From an uncultured Gammaproteobacteria bacterium (GTDB taxonomy: Bacteria > Pseudomonadota > Gammaproteobacteria > CAWUKA01), in contig CAWUKA010000001.1 in NCBI GenBank assembly GCA_963922965.1, positions 3,990 through 67,989 on the forward strand: a stretch of 64,000 nt of DNA, written 5' to 3'. Both the position numbers and the translations under genes were made by a program. The notes beneath the pieces are model-generated. The model was not told the DNA's origin, made no database searches, and was given only the letters and a program-made list of their open reading frames with translations. Positions 10,730-23,392 of the stretch are shown here, piece by piece (the stretch's first letter is position 1; each line of letters starts with the position of its first letter).

Positions 10730-12082
10730 GTGGTTACTATTTGGCAACATTGCCTGGGTTTTTTGCAGGACGAAATTTCATCCCAGCATTTCAATACCTG
10801 GATTAGGCCACTGCAGGCAGAGTTTGAAAATCAGACTTTAAAGTTACTTGCACCCAATCGATTCGTGCTTGACTGGGTTAACCAGCATTACATGGGGAGA
10901 ATTCGTGAGCTATTACAATCTTCAACAGATACTGCATTTGCGGAAGCGCAAGATGCAGAAGTCATCATTGAGGTTGGTACGCGTCGTGCAGCGGCAAATA
11001 ATAAACAAACAGCGTCAGAGCGTCAGCCTACGACAACAAACAGCACTAAGCAAACGCCAAGCACAAGTAACTTGAATCCTATCTTTACGATACACACATT
11101 TGTTGAAGGTAAATCAAATCAAATAGCACGTGCAGCAGCGATACAGGTCGCAGAAAACCCGGGTGGCGCAAACAATCCACTTTGCCTTTATGGCGGTGTT
11201 GGTCTGGGAAAAACCCACCTCATGCAAGCTATAGGTCATCTTATCGTCGACCGCAATCCTGTGGCAGAGGTACTGTATTTACATGCAGAGCGTTTTGTTG
11301 CCGACATGGTCAGAGCCTTACAAACCAATCAGATGGAAAAGTTTAAAGACCGCTACCGAAAAGTAAAAGCGCTATTGATTGATGATATTCAATTCTTCGC
11401 TGGCAAAGGACGATCACAAGAGGAGCTTTTCCACACTATTAACGCCCTACTTGAAGGTCAACGTCAAGTCATCATTACCTGTGATCGTTATCCAAAAGAA
11501 ATCAGCGGTGTTGAAGAAAGATTAAAATCACGCTTTGGTTGGGGGCTTACAGTTGTTGTTGAACCACCTGATCTTGAAACACGTGTTGCGATCCTTCTTA
11601 ACAAGGCCCAGCAGACACAGGTTGATTTACCATACGAAGCCGCATTTTTTATTGCTAAACGGATACGTTCCAATGTTCGTGAGTTAGAAGGAGCGCTAAA
11701 ACGCGTTATCGCGAACTCACAATTCACGAGTAAGCCAATTACCATAGACTTTGTTCGTGAAGCACTGAAAGACTTAATCATGTTGCAAGACAAGCTAGTC
11801 ACGATCGATAATATCCAGAAAACGGTAGTAGAGTATTATAAAATTAAGGTTGCGGATATTTTATCTAAACGCCGAAACCGGTCGGTCACACGCCCGCGTC
11901 AAATTGCTATGGCATTGGCGAAAGAGTTAACGAATCACAGTTTGCCAGAAATAGGCGATGCGTTTGGTGGTCGTGATCATACTACGGTCTTGCATGCGTG
12001 CCGAAAGATTTTAGAATTGCGAGAAACAAATGTCGATATTGCAGAAGATTACATGAATTTACTGCGGACATTATCTACATAG
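10730..12082 (+). CDS. dnaA: Chromosomal replication initiator protein DnaA
   Basis: 450 aa. GTG start 11 nt after an AAGGAG RBS. N-terminus [14 protein letters not shown]...WIRPLQA. AAA+ Walker [12 protein letters not shown]-terminal HTH DNA-binding domain. Confidence 0.95.
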   Translation: MVTIWQHCLGFLQDEISSQHFNTWIRPLQAEFENQTLKLLAPNRFVLDWVNQHYMGRIRELLQSSTDTAFAEAQDAEVIIEVGTRRAAANNKQTASERQPTTTNSTKQTPSTSNLNPIFTIHTFVEGKSNQIARAAAIQVAENPGGANNPLCLYGGVGLGKTHLMQAIGHLIVDRNPVAEVLYLHAERFVADMVRALQTNQMEKFKDRYRKVKALLIDDIQFFAGKGRSQEELFHTINALLEGQRQVIITCDRYPKEISGVEERLKSRFGWGLTVVVEPPDLETRVAILLNKAQQTQVDLPYEAAFFIAKRIRSNVRELEGALKRVIANSQFTSKPITIDFVREALKDLIMLQDKLVTIDNIQKTVVEYYKIKVADILSKRRNRSVTRPRQIAMALAKELTNHSLPEIGDAFGGRDHTTVLHACRKILELRETNVDIAEDYMNLLRTLST

Positions 12083-12104
12083 GATAGCTTTAATAGGTTT
12101 AATT

Positions 12105-13211
12105 ATGAAAGTAACGCTAGCACGCGAGTCAATTTTAAATCCACTGCAATTAGTTTCCGGTGTTGTTGAACGACGTCAAACATTACCGATTCTTTCTAAT
12201 GTCTTATTAAAACTACAAGCAACCTCGCTGACCTTAACAGCAACCGATCTTGAAGTTGAGCTGGTTGGACGCACTGGCTTCGAGCAAACAACAGAAGCCA
12301 TAGAGGTTACACTACCGGCGCGCAAGTTATTAGATATCTGTCGATCTTTACCAAATGATGCCAATATTGAGTTTTCGTTTGAAGAGACACAGGTTGTCTT
12401 ACGCTCTGGTAAAAGTCGGTTTCTACTTTCAACACTACCTGCTACTGAATTTCCTGCTGTGGAGAGTGAACCGGGAGATATCGAGTTTGTCATTCAGCAA
12501 CAAGATCTACACGACTTGATCGAGAAGACAGCGTTTTCTATGGCACAACAAGATGTTAGATACTATCTGAATGGTTTGTTACTCGATATTAGTGATAATA
12601 AGTTGAGTTGTGTCGCAACAGATGGCCATCGTTTAGCGCTATGTCAGCTCGAAAACCAAAGTGTAGCAAACTATCCTAATACACAGGTTATTATTCCACG
12701 CAAGGGTGTGCTTGAGTTATTGCGCTTACTCACAACCAGTGAGCAGCAAGTATCAGTCAATATTAACAAAAATCATATTCGTGTTCAGTCTGAGCAGTTT
12801 ATCTTTAGTTCAAAATTAATTGATGGTCGATTTCCGGACTTCAAACGCGTCGTGCCAACCCATTGTGATAAGACGCTATTGCTGAAGCGAGAGCTTATAA
12901 AGAATGTCTTATCTCGTGTCGCAATCTTGTCGAATGAAAAGTACCGTGGTATTCGCTTTACCCTTACAGAAGGAAAATTGAGTATTTCTGCCACCAATCC
13001 AGAGCAAGAACATGCTGAAGAAGAACTGGATATTGATTATAGTGCTGAGGGCCTCGAAATAGGTTTTAATGTTAATTATATCTTAGATGTTTTATCCAAC
13101 TTAAAATCAGAGCAGGTTAGTTTGTCATTATCCGATCCTAACAGTAGTTTACTGATTGAGGATCCAAGTAGTAGTCATCAATTGTATGTAGTCATGCCGA
13201 TGCGGCTATAA
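12105..13211 (+). CDS. dnaN: DNA polymerase III beta sliding clamp DnaN
   Basis: 368 aa with a three-domain clamp. N-terminus MKVTLARESILNPLQLVSGVVERRQTLPILSNVLL. C-terminus MPMRL. Confidence 0.95.
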   Translation: MKVTLARESILNPLQLVSGVVERRQTLPILSNVLLKLQATSLTLTATDLEVELVGRTGFEQTTEAIEVTLPARKLLDICRSLPNDANIEFSFEETQVVLRSGKSRFLLSTLPATEFPAVESEPGDIEFVIQQQDLHDLIEKTAFSMAQQDVRYYLNGLLLDISDNKLSCVATDGHRLALCQLENQSVANYPNTQVIIPRKGVLELLRLLTTSEQQVSVNINKNHIRVQSEQFIFSSKLIDGRFPDFKRVVPTHCDKTLLLKRELIKNVLSRVAILSNEKYRGIRFTLTEGKLSISATNPEQEHAEEELDIDYSAEGLEIGFNVNYILDVLSNLKSEQVSLSLSDPNSSLLIEDPSSSHQLYVVMPMRL

Positions 13212-13931
13212 TCATTACATTTAGGAATACTGCTTGCTATAGTTTGTGCAGGTCAGGTCTTTCCGCTTTGGCGCGGGCCAACTGCTAGTACCATTTTCTT
13301 TTCAAGGTCAGCCCGAATAGTATTTTCTTGAAAGCGCTTCATCTCGGCTATTCTGCAACAGAATGCGAAATAGCCACGACTATTCTGCATTCTGTTACAG
13401 AATAGTCAGTAGTGGGTGTGAGAAAGTAGCTTAGATTAAGTACATTATGGCTAGAAAAAGAAATACGATCCTTATTGGCTACTCCTTTCCGCCGTTAAAA
13501 GCACTATTAATCAGTATGTTATGATCAATGGCTTGGCACCTATTGGTCAAGTAAGGTTTGCTTGTTTACAAGTTCGTGCCTCAATACTACCCATCATAAT
13601 CTAGTGACTTTTGTTTATCAGGTATTTTTCAGGCTTACCCATAGTCTATGAACAATTTGATTAACGAGCTATTAGATATTAATCCGTCATGCCAGTGTCT
13701 GTTAACTGCTATATAGAATTGTAAACCCAGGGTTATAGACTTAACTTGGCCTCAAATTTGTCTATAAATGTAGCCGAGATATACCCTGGTTACGAATACT
13801 AAGTGCTGGTCGCCGAAGCTTAACAAAATAAGCTCGCGATGAGTCGTTAATTAACTATCCAATCAAATTCATATTAGAGTGCCAGCGAATGAGTTGGGAA
13901 ATGTTGATCAGTCTAGATTTGATTGAGCAAG

Positions 13932-15059
13932 CTAATCAAGTTTAGCGAAATCTACAGCCTCAATGATATTTGAATCGAAACAACCATGTTTCACGTGAAA
14001 CATGGCGTGTGGGTATTGGCCAAAATGTTTTAACAATGGCGCCTCATGAATGCAGGTTACAAAAATTTGACCCTTTAAATCTGCAAGTAAACTAAGTAGT
14101 GCCGCTTGTTTTGTTTCATCAAGCTCTGCAGGCAAATCATCTAGTAGGTATAAGCAGGGCTTATTAGTTTCTTGCTGGAGTAAATAACCCTGCGCTAGAC
14201 GCAGCGCGCTAGCCCAGAGCTTTTGCTGGCCGCGCGACAAAATATCTTGAGCTCGGGTGCCGTCAGCAAAAAACTCAAGATTAGCCCGGTGTGGCCCAAT
14301 ACTGGTGTAACCGTGATAAGCATCTTGTCTATAATGCTCAACAAGTGCCTGTGCTAGGCTATTATCGCAATGCCAACCGCGTGCGTAGCGCAAACTAATC
14401 TCATACTCAGGTAAAACTAATCCAATTAGCTTCGTAAATAATGGTTCGAGTTTTTCTATAAAGGTTTGGCGCTGGTCATTTAAGGCAAGGCTTAGTGCAA
14501 CAAAGTCGTTATTCCAAAGTTCCACTTCAGGTTTTGTTAAACGTTGTTTCAATGCAGCGTTTCTCTGCTTGAGTACCCGTTGAAACTTGTGCCAAAGCGC
14601 TAAAAAGTCATGTTTCACGTGAAACAAGCCCCAGTCTATGAATTCACGGCGGAATTTTGGTCCTTCTGTAAGTAGACGATAACTATCTGGGTTGATGAGC
14701 TGGATTGGCAGTTGTGCCGCGAGCTGGGCAAGACTAACAACCATATCGCCGTCGATCTTAATTTTGGTTTCACCATTCCTCGAACGTGAAACACCGACCG
14801 GTATGGCTTCGGCACTAGTAACCTTTTTGAGTTGTCCATGGACCACAACGCAGTCAGCTTGGTGGCTGATCACCGTTTTAATCAAGTGGCTGCGAAAGCT
14901 GCGGCCCAAGCCAAGCAAGTGAATAGCTTCTAAAAAACTTGTTTTACCACTTCCATTGGCGCCAACAATTAAGTTGATATGTGGGTGCAGTGATAAGCTA
15001 GCTGATTTGATATTGCGTAGATTTGTAATTTGAATTTGTTCCAACATAGCGATGACCAA
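13932..15059 (-). CDS. recF: DNA replication and repair protein RecF, inverted relative to dnaA-dnaN-gyrB
   Basis: 375 aa. Walker A GANGSGKTSFLEA. The signature region and Walker B LLDDLPAELD are present. Unusually it is on the minus strand, between dnaN (+) and gyrB (+). Confidence 0.9.
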   Translation of the reverse strand: MVIAMLEQIQITNLRNIKSASLSLHPHINLIVGANGSGKTSFLEAIHLLGLGRSFRSHLIKTVISHQADCVVVHGQLKKVTSAEAIPVGVSRSRNGETKIKIDGDMVVSLAQLAAQLPIQLINPDSYRLLTEGPKFRREFIDWGLFHVKHDFLALWHKFQRVLKQRNAALKQRLTKPEVELWNNDFVALSLALNDQRQTFIEKLEPLFTKLIGLVLPEYEISLRYARGWHCDNSLAQALVEHYRQDAYHGYTSIGPHRANLEFFADGTRAQDILSRGQQKLWASALRLAQGYLLQQETNKPCLYLLDDLPAELDETKQAALLSLLADLKGQIFVTCIHEAPLLKHFGQYPHAMFHVKHGCFDSNIIEAVDFAKLD

Positions 15060-15491
15060 GCTAAAATCATGATTAGCTTAACCGAGGCCTTACTTGAATG
15101 AAATGATTACTTTGAGTGGTCGGAATTTGGATTGATTTTGTATCTTGATGTCTTAAGTTAGTCTGCGTGTGCCGTTCAATGTATCCAGTAGGCAATTTTA
15201 GAAATCATCGTCAATCTAGAGATAAAATATCACTCACTTATTGACCATATTTTACAAAAAACGCTAATTTGAGGCTAAAAAGCAAATATTTGTCGCTAAA
15301 ACACGACAAATAGAAGATCGGTCCCGTCATAAAATTTATCTTCTGCTATAAATTACTTAAAATAAGCTAAAATGTCGCTAATTGTCTATAAAATCCATAT
15401 CCATACACGAATTATTTGTGAGGTTGCGCTAGTAGTCGTCTATTGTGAGCATCGATAAAGTGTAAGAATATGACCCAAGGCGACACAAAAG

Positions 15492-15500
15492 TGGTATAAT
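15492..15500 (+). promoter_or_regulatory. Candidate extended -10 element (TGgTATAAT) of the gyrB promoter
   Basis: TGGTATAAT lies 28 nt upstream of the gyrB ATG. A CAGGAG RBS lies at 15517-15522. Confidence 0.4.
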
Positions 15501-15512
15501 GCAACGATTTAA

Positions 15513-17945
<2,433 letters not shown>

Positions 17946-17969
17946 CGCGTTCAGCAATGGGAGGTAGCA

Positions 17970-18587
17970 ATGGTGATGTCATTACTTGCTAAAGGTGCGT
18001 TGATGGGTTTAATCGTCGCTATCCCGATTGGTCCTATTGGTATACTCTGTATCAATCGCTCACTACGGCATGGTTTTAGCGCAGGTGTTGTTACCGGCCT
18101 TGGCTCGGCGATTGCAGATGGTATCTATTGTTATTTTGCTATTGTTGGCGTATCTGCGTTGACTAATTTCCTTTGGCAAGAGGAGAAACTTTTCACTTTG
18201 CTTGGCGCACTCCTATTAGCAATTATTGGCCTTAAGCTAGTCCTAGATCATAAGCTCATCACAGAAAATACTAATGTGGTAAAAGCAAGCTTGTTTTTTG
18301 CATTTGTTTCAGCTTTTGTTCTTACCTTTATTGACCCACTCACAATTGTTCCTTTCACCGGTATGATCGCAGGTTTGGGTGTTGAACAGATTCAACAAAT
18401 GAATGCAGCTAAGGAAGAAATAGTAATCGGTGTAATAATTGGTGCATTAATGTGGTGGGTGATTGTCTGCGCTACGTTTGCTTCACTACATCATCGTATC
18501 AGCTCAAGGCTGATTCGTTCAGTCAATGTCTGTTCTGGAGTTTTATTGTTAGCATTTTCAGCACTCGCAATTCATTCCGTTGCTTAG
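17970..18587 (+). CDS. LysE/RhtB-family amino-acid exporter
   Basis: 205 aa, about 6 TM segments. Its N-terminal pattern (GALMGLIVAIPIGPIGILCI) is typical of the LysE translocator family. Confidence 0.65.
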   Translation: MVMSLLAKGALMGLIVAIPIGPIGILCINRSLRHGFSAGVVTGLGSAIADGIYCYFAIVGVSALTNFLWQEEKLFTLLGALLLAIIGLKLVLDHKLITENTNVVKASLFFAFVSAFVLTFIDPLTIVPFTGMIAGLGVEQIQQMNAAKEEIVIGVIIGALMWWVIVCATFASLHHRISSRLIRSVNVCSGVLLLAFSALAIHSVA

Positions 18588-18644
18588 GCTAAAACCTTTA
18601 TTTAGTTCGAGGCTCTTCTTTGCCAGATTAGGCGTGCAGAGTGT

Positions 18645-19217
18645 TTAATCAGTGATCTTAATTTGATGATGGCTTAATAGCTGTTCTGCGAAAGATGCTA
18701 GGTCATTGTAAACCTGCTTCGGTTTAAATATTCTATTATATTTTTTTAGTGTTTTGCTACCATTGCCGGTTTTAACGAGAAAAAAGTCGATTCCGCAAGC
18801 ATGTGCAGCCTCGTAATCACGATATGAATCACCAACCATAATTGTTTGTTCAGGCTGCAGTTGGGCTGTCGATAGGATTTGCTTGAGTAAGCCCGGATGG
18901 GGCTTTCTACAACCACAGTTATTTTCGGGCAGGTGCGGACAAAAAACAATAGCACTAATGTGTCCGCCTGCTGCTTCGATGAGTGATGTCATCTTAGCGT
19001 GAATTAATGCCAGTGTCTCATAACTATAATAGCCACGACCAATACCAGACTGATTAGTGGCTATGCTAATAGCAAAGCCTGCTTGGCAGAGTTTGGCGAT
19101 AGCCTCAATGCTGCCAGGAATTGGTAGCCATTCCTCGACAGTTTTAATGTAGGCCTCACTCTCGACATTGATAACCCCATCACGGTCAAGAATGATATGT
19201 TTGATAGCAGTTTCCAT
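18645..19217 (-). CDS. gmhB: D-glycero-beta-D-manno-heptose-1,7-bisphosphate 7-phosphatase GmhB
   Basis: 190 aa. HAD motif I LDRDGVIN. Zn-binding CPH...CGCRKP motif characteristic of GmhB and the histidinol-phosphatase subfamily. Confidence 0.85.
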   Translation of the reverse strand: METAIKHIILDRDGVINVESEAYIKTVEEWLPIPGSIEAIAKLCQAGFAISIATNQSGIGRGYYSYETLALIHAKMTSLIEAAGGHISAIVFCPHLPENNCGCRKPHPGLLKQILSTAQLQPEQTIMVGDSYRDYEAAHACGIDFFLVKTGNGSKTLKKYNRIFKPKQVYNDLASFAEQLLSHHQIKITD

Positions 19218-19319
19218 TTATTCTTTAGTTGGCTATTGCGTTAGAATGTTCCCCAACCTGACTGCTAAGCAAGCCAAGCTGGGGACTTAATGAGGCATCC
19301 CTCATAGGGTGTGTTATGT

Positions 19320-20102
19320 CTAGCTCGCTACTTTCTTAATGTGCTCTTGTAAGTCATCTTTACTTGCTGCACCAGGGACATAGTCAATTGAGTCACTACC
19401 CGTCAAATTTTTCGTGTTTGTAAATAAAAATGCTGGTGTTCCGATAATGCCAAGTTTTTGTGCCAAATGAAAATCTTTCTTTACCAGTGCAGCTGTCTTT
19501 GGATCATCAATATCTTTTTTTAGTGTTCTGAGATCTAACCCTGCCTTCTCTGCAGCTGCAAAGATTTTATTTTTATCCAAACGGGTTTTTACGTCGAGCA
19601 GGGCTTTATGAAACTCGATATATTTATCTTGCCCCTGTTTTTGTGCTGCTATCGCCGCTTTGGCGCTAAGCTCAGACGCTGGGCCAAATATTGGTAAGAC
19701 CTTTATGACAATCTTTAGATCAGGGTTGTTTGCTACCAGTTCGTCAATGACATTAGACATATCTTTGCAATGTGGGCATTGAAAATCGAGAAATTCAACC
19801 ATTGTTAGAGTCGACTGTTGGTTGCCAATGATAGGGTTATAACTTGGATTGAATAGTACGTCTTTGTTTTCGAAAGCGGCTTGTTTTGCACGCACCGTCA
19901 TTTCTGCAATTTTCTTCTTTTGTAGTGACTGAGCAACCTCAACCATGATCTTGGGGTTTTCAACAAGATAATCATGGATAATTTTTTCGATTTCTTGTTT
20001 TTGTACTTTATTAAACTGTTGAGCTGGGGCTGCTACTGTTGATAAAGTAAACAAAGATATCAGGGCAGTCGTGACAATAACTAAGCAGTGATTTCTTAAC
20101 AC
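19320..20102 (-). CDS. Periplasmic DsbA-family thiol:disulfide oxidoreductase with an N-terminal extension (Com1/DsbA2-like)
   Basis: 260 aa. Signal peptide. Thioredoxin-fold CPHC active site (FQCPHCKDM). About 27 kDa with an extra N-terminal domain, as in Coxiella Com1 and Legionella DsbA2. Confidence 0.75.
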   Translation of the reverse strand: MLRNHCLVIVTTALISLFTLSTVAAPAQQFNKVQKQEIEKIIHDYLVENPKIMVEVAQSLQKKKIAEMTVRAKQAAFENKDVLFNPSYNPIIGNQQSTLTMVEFLDFQCPHCKDMSNVIDELVANNPDLKIVIKVLPIFGPASELSAKAAIAAQKQGQDKYIEFHKALLDVKTRLDKNKIFAAAEKAGLDLRTLKKDIDDPKTAALVKKDFHLAQKLGIIGTPAFLFTNTKNLTGSDSIDYVPGAASKDDLQEHIKKVAS

Positions 20103-20507
20103 GTGTATATCCTCTTTGATGAAGTTAACAAATTGTCCGGAGTGTTAACCCTACTCATCATCTAGACAGGGTGAGTAGGATCTCTGGTGAAGTATATACC
20201 AACATCGATTCAGCTTGAATGCAAGCTTGTTGTAACCATGTATAAGATTGTTTGCTAATAAAAGGCAGCTTCGTTGTTGAATTGAAATATAAAAGCAGCG
20301 TTACCTAGAAAACTTTTGACCGCACAACTCGTATCAACTTTAGTTGAATTTTGAGGTTACAATTTATGCTTTATCGGATTGATTTTTTTCTCTTCATCAC
20401 ATAATCTTTGCTCAAATAAAATTTATCTTGGCACATGCACTTAGTAGGCATGAGTGCTATTCAAATAACCCCCCCAAGAGTGATGACCCTAACTATGGAC
20501 AAAGATT

Positions 20508-21203
20508 ATGACTAAACGAGCAATTGTATTAACCTCTGGGGGCCTAGACTCTGCGACGTGTCTCGCAATGCTAAAAAGGCAGTCTTTCGAGTGTTACTCA
20601 TTAAGTTTTGATTATGGCCAGCGTAATCGCTCAGAGCTAGACGCTGCTCGTCGTGTCGCTGAAAATTTAGGCGCCAAACTGCATCGTTGTGTCAAGTTAG
20701 GTATTGGTGTTTTAGGTGGTTCAGCGCTGACTGATCAAACTATCGCTGTCCCAGATTATCGTGGCGATGGTAAAATTCCGGTAACTTATGTTCCAGCACG
20801 CAATACAGTTTTTTTATCTATGGCACTGGGATGGGCTGAGATAGTACATGCGCATCACATTGTGATGGGGGTTAATGCGGTAGATTATTCAGGCTACCCA
20901 GATTGTCGACCGCAATACATCGAGGCTTTTCAAAGCATGGCGAATCTTGCAACTAAAGCTGGTGTGGAAGGTGAACAATTTAAAATTTTAACGCCGCTGA
21001 TTAAGCTTAACAAAGCTGAAATCATCAAATGTGGTGTCGAGCTTGGTATTGATTACAGCACGACAGTGACCTGTTATCAGGCTGATGAGCAAGGTAGAGC
21101 ATGTGGCCGTTGTGACAGCTGCACTTTACGGCGCAAAGGTTTTCTTGATGCTGGCGTCGAAGATCCAACTCGCTACCAAATCGAGGATATTTCTATTGCT
21201 TAG
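20508..21203 (+). CDS. queC: 7-cyano-7-deazaguanine synthase QueC
   Basis: 231 aa. PP-loop SGGLDSAT. C-terminal zinc-binding motif CGRCDSC. Confidence 0.92.
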   Translation: MTKRAIVLTSGGLDSATCLAMLKRQSFECYSLSFDYGQRNRSELDAARRVAENLGAKLHRCVKLGIGVLGGSALTDQTIAVPDYRGDGKIPVTYVPARNTVFLSMALGWAEIVHAHHIVMGVNAVDYSGYPDCRPQYIEAFQSMANLATKAGVEGEQFKILTPLIKLNKAEIIKCGVELGIDYSTTVTCYQADEQGRACGRCDSCTLRRKGFLDAGVEDPTRYQIEDISIA

Positions 21204-21213
21204 TCAAGCAAAT

Positions 21214-23382
21214 TTATACCGCGGTCAAGTTAGCATAAGCAGCAACTAACCACTTTAAGCCAGTATCTGCGAATTGTACCTGGACTTTAGTTTGGCTGCC
21301 TTGTCCTTCAAAATTTAAGATTACTCCTTCACCAAATTTTGGATGCGATATCGTTTGACCAATACGAAAGCCTAAACTATGCTGTTGACTCGATGCTGAT
21401 GGTCGAAGCGATCGTTGCTTTATATTATGACCAAATGGTTTGGTAATGGTTGTTTTAGGGCGAACTTCATCAACTAAATCATCAGGTATTTCTTTTATAA
21501 AGCGTGAAGGATGATGTAGGTCAATACGGCCATGTAGGCGTCGATATTCGGCATAGGTCAGGTAAAGCTTTTGCATGGCTCGTGTGATACCAACATAACA
21601 GAGGCGACGTTCTTCCTGCAATCGCTGTAAATCTTCACTCGATCGTTGATGTGGAAATAGCTCTTCTTCCACCCCAGTCATGAAAACAAGTGGAAATTCT
21701 AAACCTTTAGCTGAATGTAATGTCATTAAATGTACGCAGTCCTCGTCAGCTTGACCTTGCGTCTCACCTGATTCGAGTACGGCGTAAGAGAGGAACCCAT
21801 CTAAGGGTGTCATATCGGAGTCTTCGTTACTATATTGGGCTGCTGCGTTTATAAGCTCATCTAAGTTTTCAATTCGTGCGTGTGCTTTTTCACTACCTTC
21901 TTTTTCGTAAGCATTGACTAGCCTGCTCATTTGAATAACCAAGCCGATTTGATCATCAAGAGTCAGATCTGCTGTTCTTTGTTGCATACTATCGATCAGT
22001 GTTAGAAAGGTTTGTAAGGCGTTATTCGCTCTTGCACTAAAATGACTTTGTTTAACTAGGAAACTTGCTGCCTGCCAGAGTGATTGAAATTGCGAGCGAG
22101 CATGATCACGTAGCTCCGATAAGGTTCTTTCACCAATGCCACGAGTAGGTGTGTTAACGACGCGCTCAAACGCGGCGTCATCGTTGCGATTGACAAGCAA
22201 ACGTAGGTAAGCCAATGCATCTTTGATCTCAGCGCGTTCGAAAAAGCGAAAGCCACCATAAACTCGATAAGCAATATTTGATTGTAGTAGTGTTTCTTCA
22301 ATAATTCGTGATTGCGCATTTGAGCGATATAGGATAGCAATTTCACGTCTACAGCCCGCTTGTTCACACCAGTCTTTAATGCGCGCTGCGATAAAACGAG
22401 CTTCATCAATTTCATTAAATGCAGCATATAGCGTGATTTTTTCACCATCATGGCCGCTCGTCCATAAGTTTTTCCCCAGCCTATCATTATTTGCAATAAC
22501 GGCATTTGCGGCATTGAGAATATTGCCCGTAGAACGATAGTTTTGTTCGAGCTTGATAATTTGTGGATTAGGATAGTCACGCTGAAAACGATAAATGTTT
22601 TCGACTTTAGCACCTCGCCAGCCATAAATTGATTGATCATCATCACCAACAATAGTGAGGCAAGTGCTTTCAGTTGCAAGCAGTTTCAACCAAGCATACT
22701 GTATGGTATTTGTATCCTGGAATTCATCAACCAGAATGTGAGAAAAGCGTTGTTGGTAATGATTAAGAACATCGGTATTCTGTTGCAGTAACTCATAGCA
22801 ACGCAACAGTAATTCAGAAAAGTCAACAAGGCTGCTTTGATCGCAGGCTGTTTGATACAGTTCGTAAATATTAATTAATGTATTGTTATAGTTATCACTA
22901 TGGTATGACAAATCCTTTGCTCGTAAGCCCTCATCTTTTTTATTGTTAATGAACCATTGCACTTGCTTAGGTGGCCACATGGTGTCGTCGATGTTATTTG
23001 CTTTCAAAAGTCGCTTGATTAAACGGAATTGATCATCTGAATCTAAGATCTGAAAGTGTTGCTCTAGCCTTGCTTGTTGCCAGTGTGCTCGCAGTAAGCG
23101 GTGGGCCAAACCATGAAAAGTACCGATCCAAAGCCCATGAGCGGGAAAGCCGAGTAGCTGCTCGATTCGGCTTCGCATTTCTGCAGCAGCTTTATTAGTG
23201 AAGGTTACAGCGAGTATACTGTACGGTGAAACTGCACACTGTTCACTTAGCCACGCCACACGGTGGGTCAGAACCCGAGTTTTTCCACTCCCAGCACCGG
23301 CTAGCACGATCAGTGTTTGTTCTGGGGATGAAACTGCTAACTTTTGATTGTCATTCAGTTCGGCAAAGTATTTTTCGTACAT
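21214..23382 (-). CDS. uvrD: DNA helicase II UvrD
   Basis: 722 aa. LIVLAGAGSGKTRVLTHRVAWL and SPYSILAVTFTNKAAAEMR match UvrD rather than Rep. UvrD-length C-terminal region. Confidence 0.85.
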   Translation of the reverse strand: MYEKYFAELNDNQKLAVSSPEQTLIVLAGAGSGKTRVLTHRVAWLSEQCAVSPYSILAVTFTNKAAAEMRSRIEQLLGFPAHGLWIGTFHGLAHRLLRAHWQQARLEQHFQILDSDDQFRLIKRLLKANNIDDTMWPPKQVQWFINNKKDEGLRAKDLSYHSDNYNNTLINIYELYQTACDQSSLVDFSELLLRCYELLQQNTDVLNHYQQRFSHILVDEFQDTNTIQYAWLKLLATESTCLTIVGDDDQSIYGWRGAKVENIYRFQRDYPNPQIIKLEQNYRSTGNILNAANAVIANNDRLGKNLWTSGHDGEKITLYAAFNEIDEARFIAARIKDWCEQAGCRREIAILYRSNAQSRIIEETLLQSNIAYRVYGGFRFFERAEIKDALAYLRLLVNRNDDAAFERVVNTPTRGIGERTLSELRDHARSQFQSLWQAASFLVKQSHFSARANNALQTFLTLIDSMQQRTADLTLDDQIGLVIQMSRLVNAYEKEGSEKAHARIENLDELINAAAQYSNEDSDMTPLDGFLSYAVLESGETQGQADEDCVHLMTLHSAKGLEFPLVFMTGVEEELFPHQRSSEDLQRLQEERRLCYVGITRAMQKLYLTYAEYRRLHGRIDLHHPSRFIKEIPDDLVDEVRPKTTITKPFGHNIKQRSLRPSASSQQHSLGFRIGQTISHPKFGEGVILNFEGQGSQTKVQVQFADTGLKWLVAAYANLTAV

Positions 23383-23392
23383 TGGATTAGTA

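Noticed and set aside
15280-15420. Repeated GCTAAAA motifs and a TTGTCG...CGACAA inverted repeat in the recF-gyrB divergent promoter region, considered as a possible operator.
   Set aside because: The repeats are short (6-7 bp), imperfectly spaced and in an AT-rich promoter where such motifs arise by chance. They are not specific enough to call a binding site.
20102-20507. A possible preQ1 riboswitch upstream of queC.
   Set aside because: The 5' UTR has some hairpins (e.g. CCTACTCA...TGAGTAGG), but nothing matches the preQ1-I or preQ1-II aptamer consensus, including the C-rich loop and A-rich tail pairing to the RBS. Proteobacterial queC is usually not riboswitch-controlled.
22056-22679. A 207-aa ORF antisense inside uvrD. 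Similar antisense or overlapping ORFs are 1161-1460, 3540-3752, 7217-7651, 16415-16690, 27113-27535, 35351-35590 and 52382-52699.
   Set aside because: They lie entirely within well-supported conserved genes on the other strand or in another frame. They have no conserved motifs and are typical shadow ORFs.
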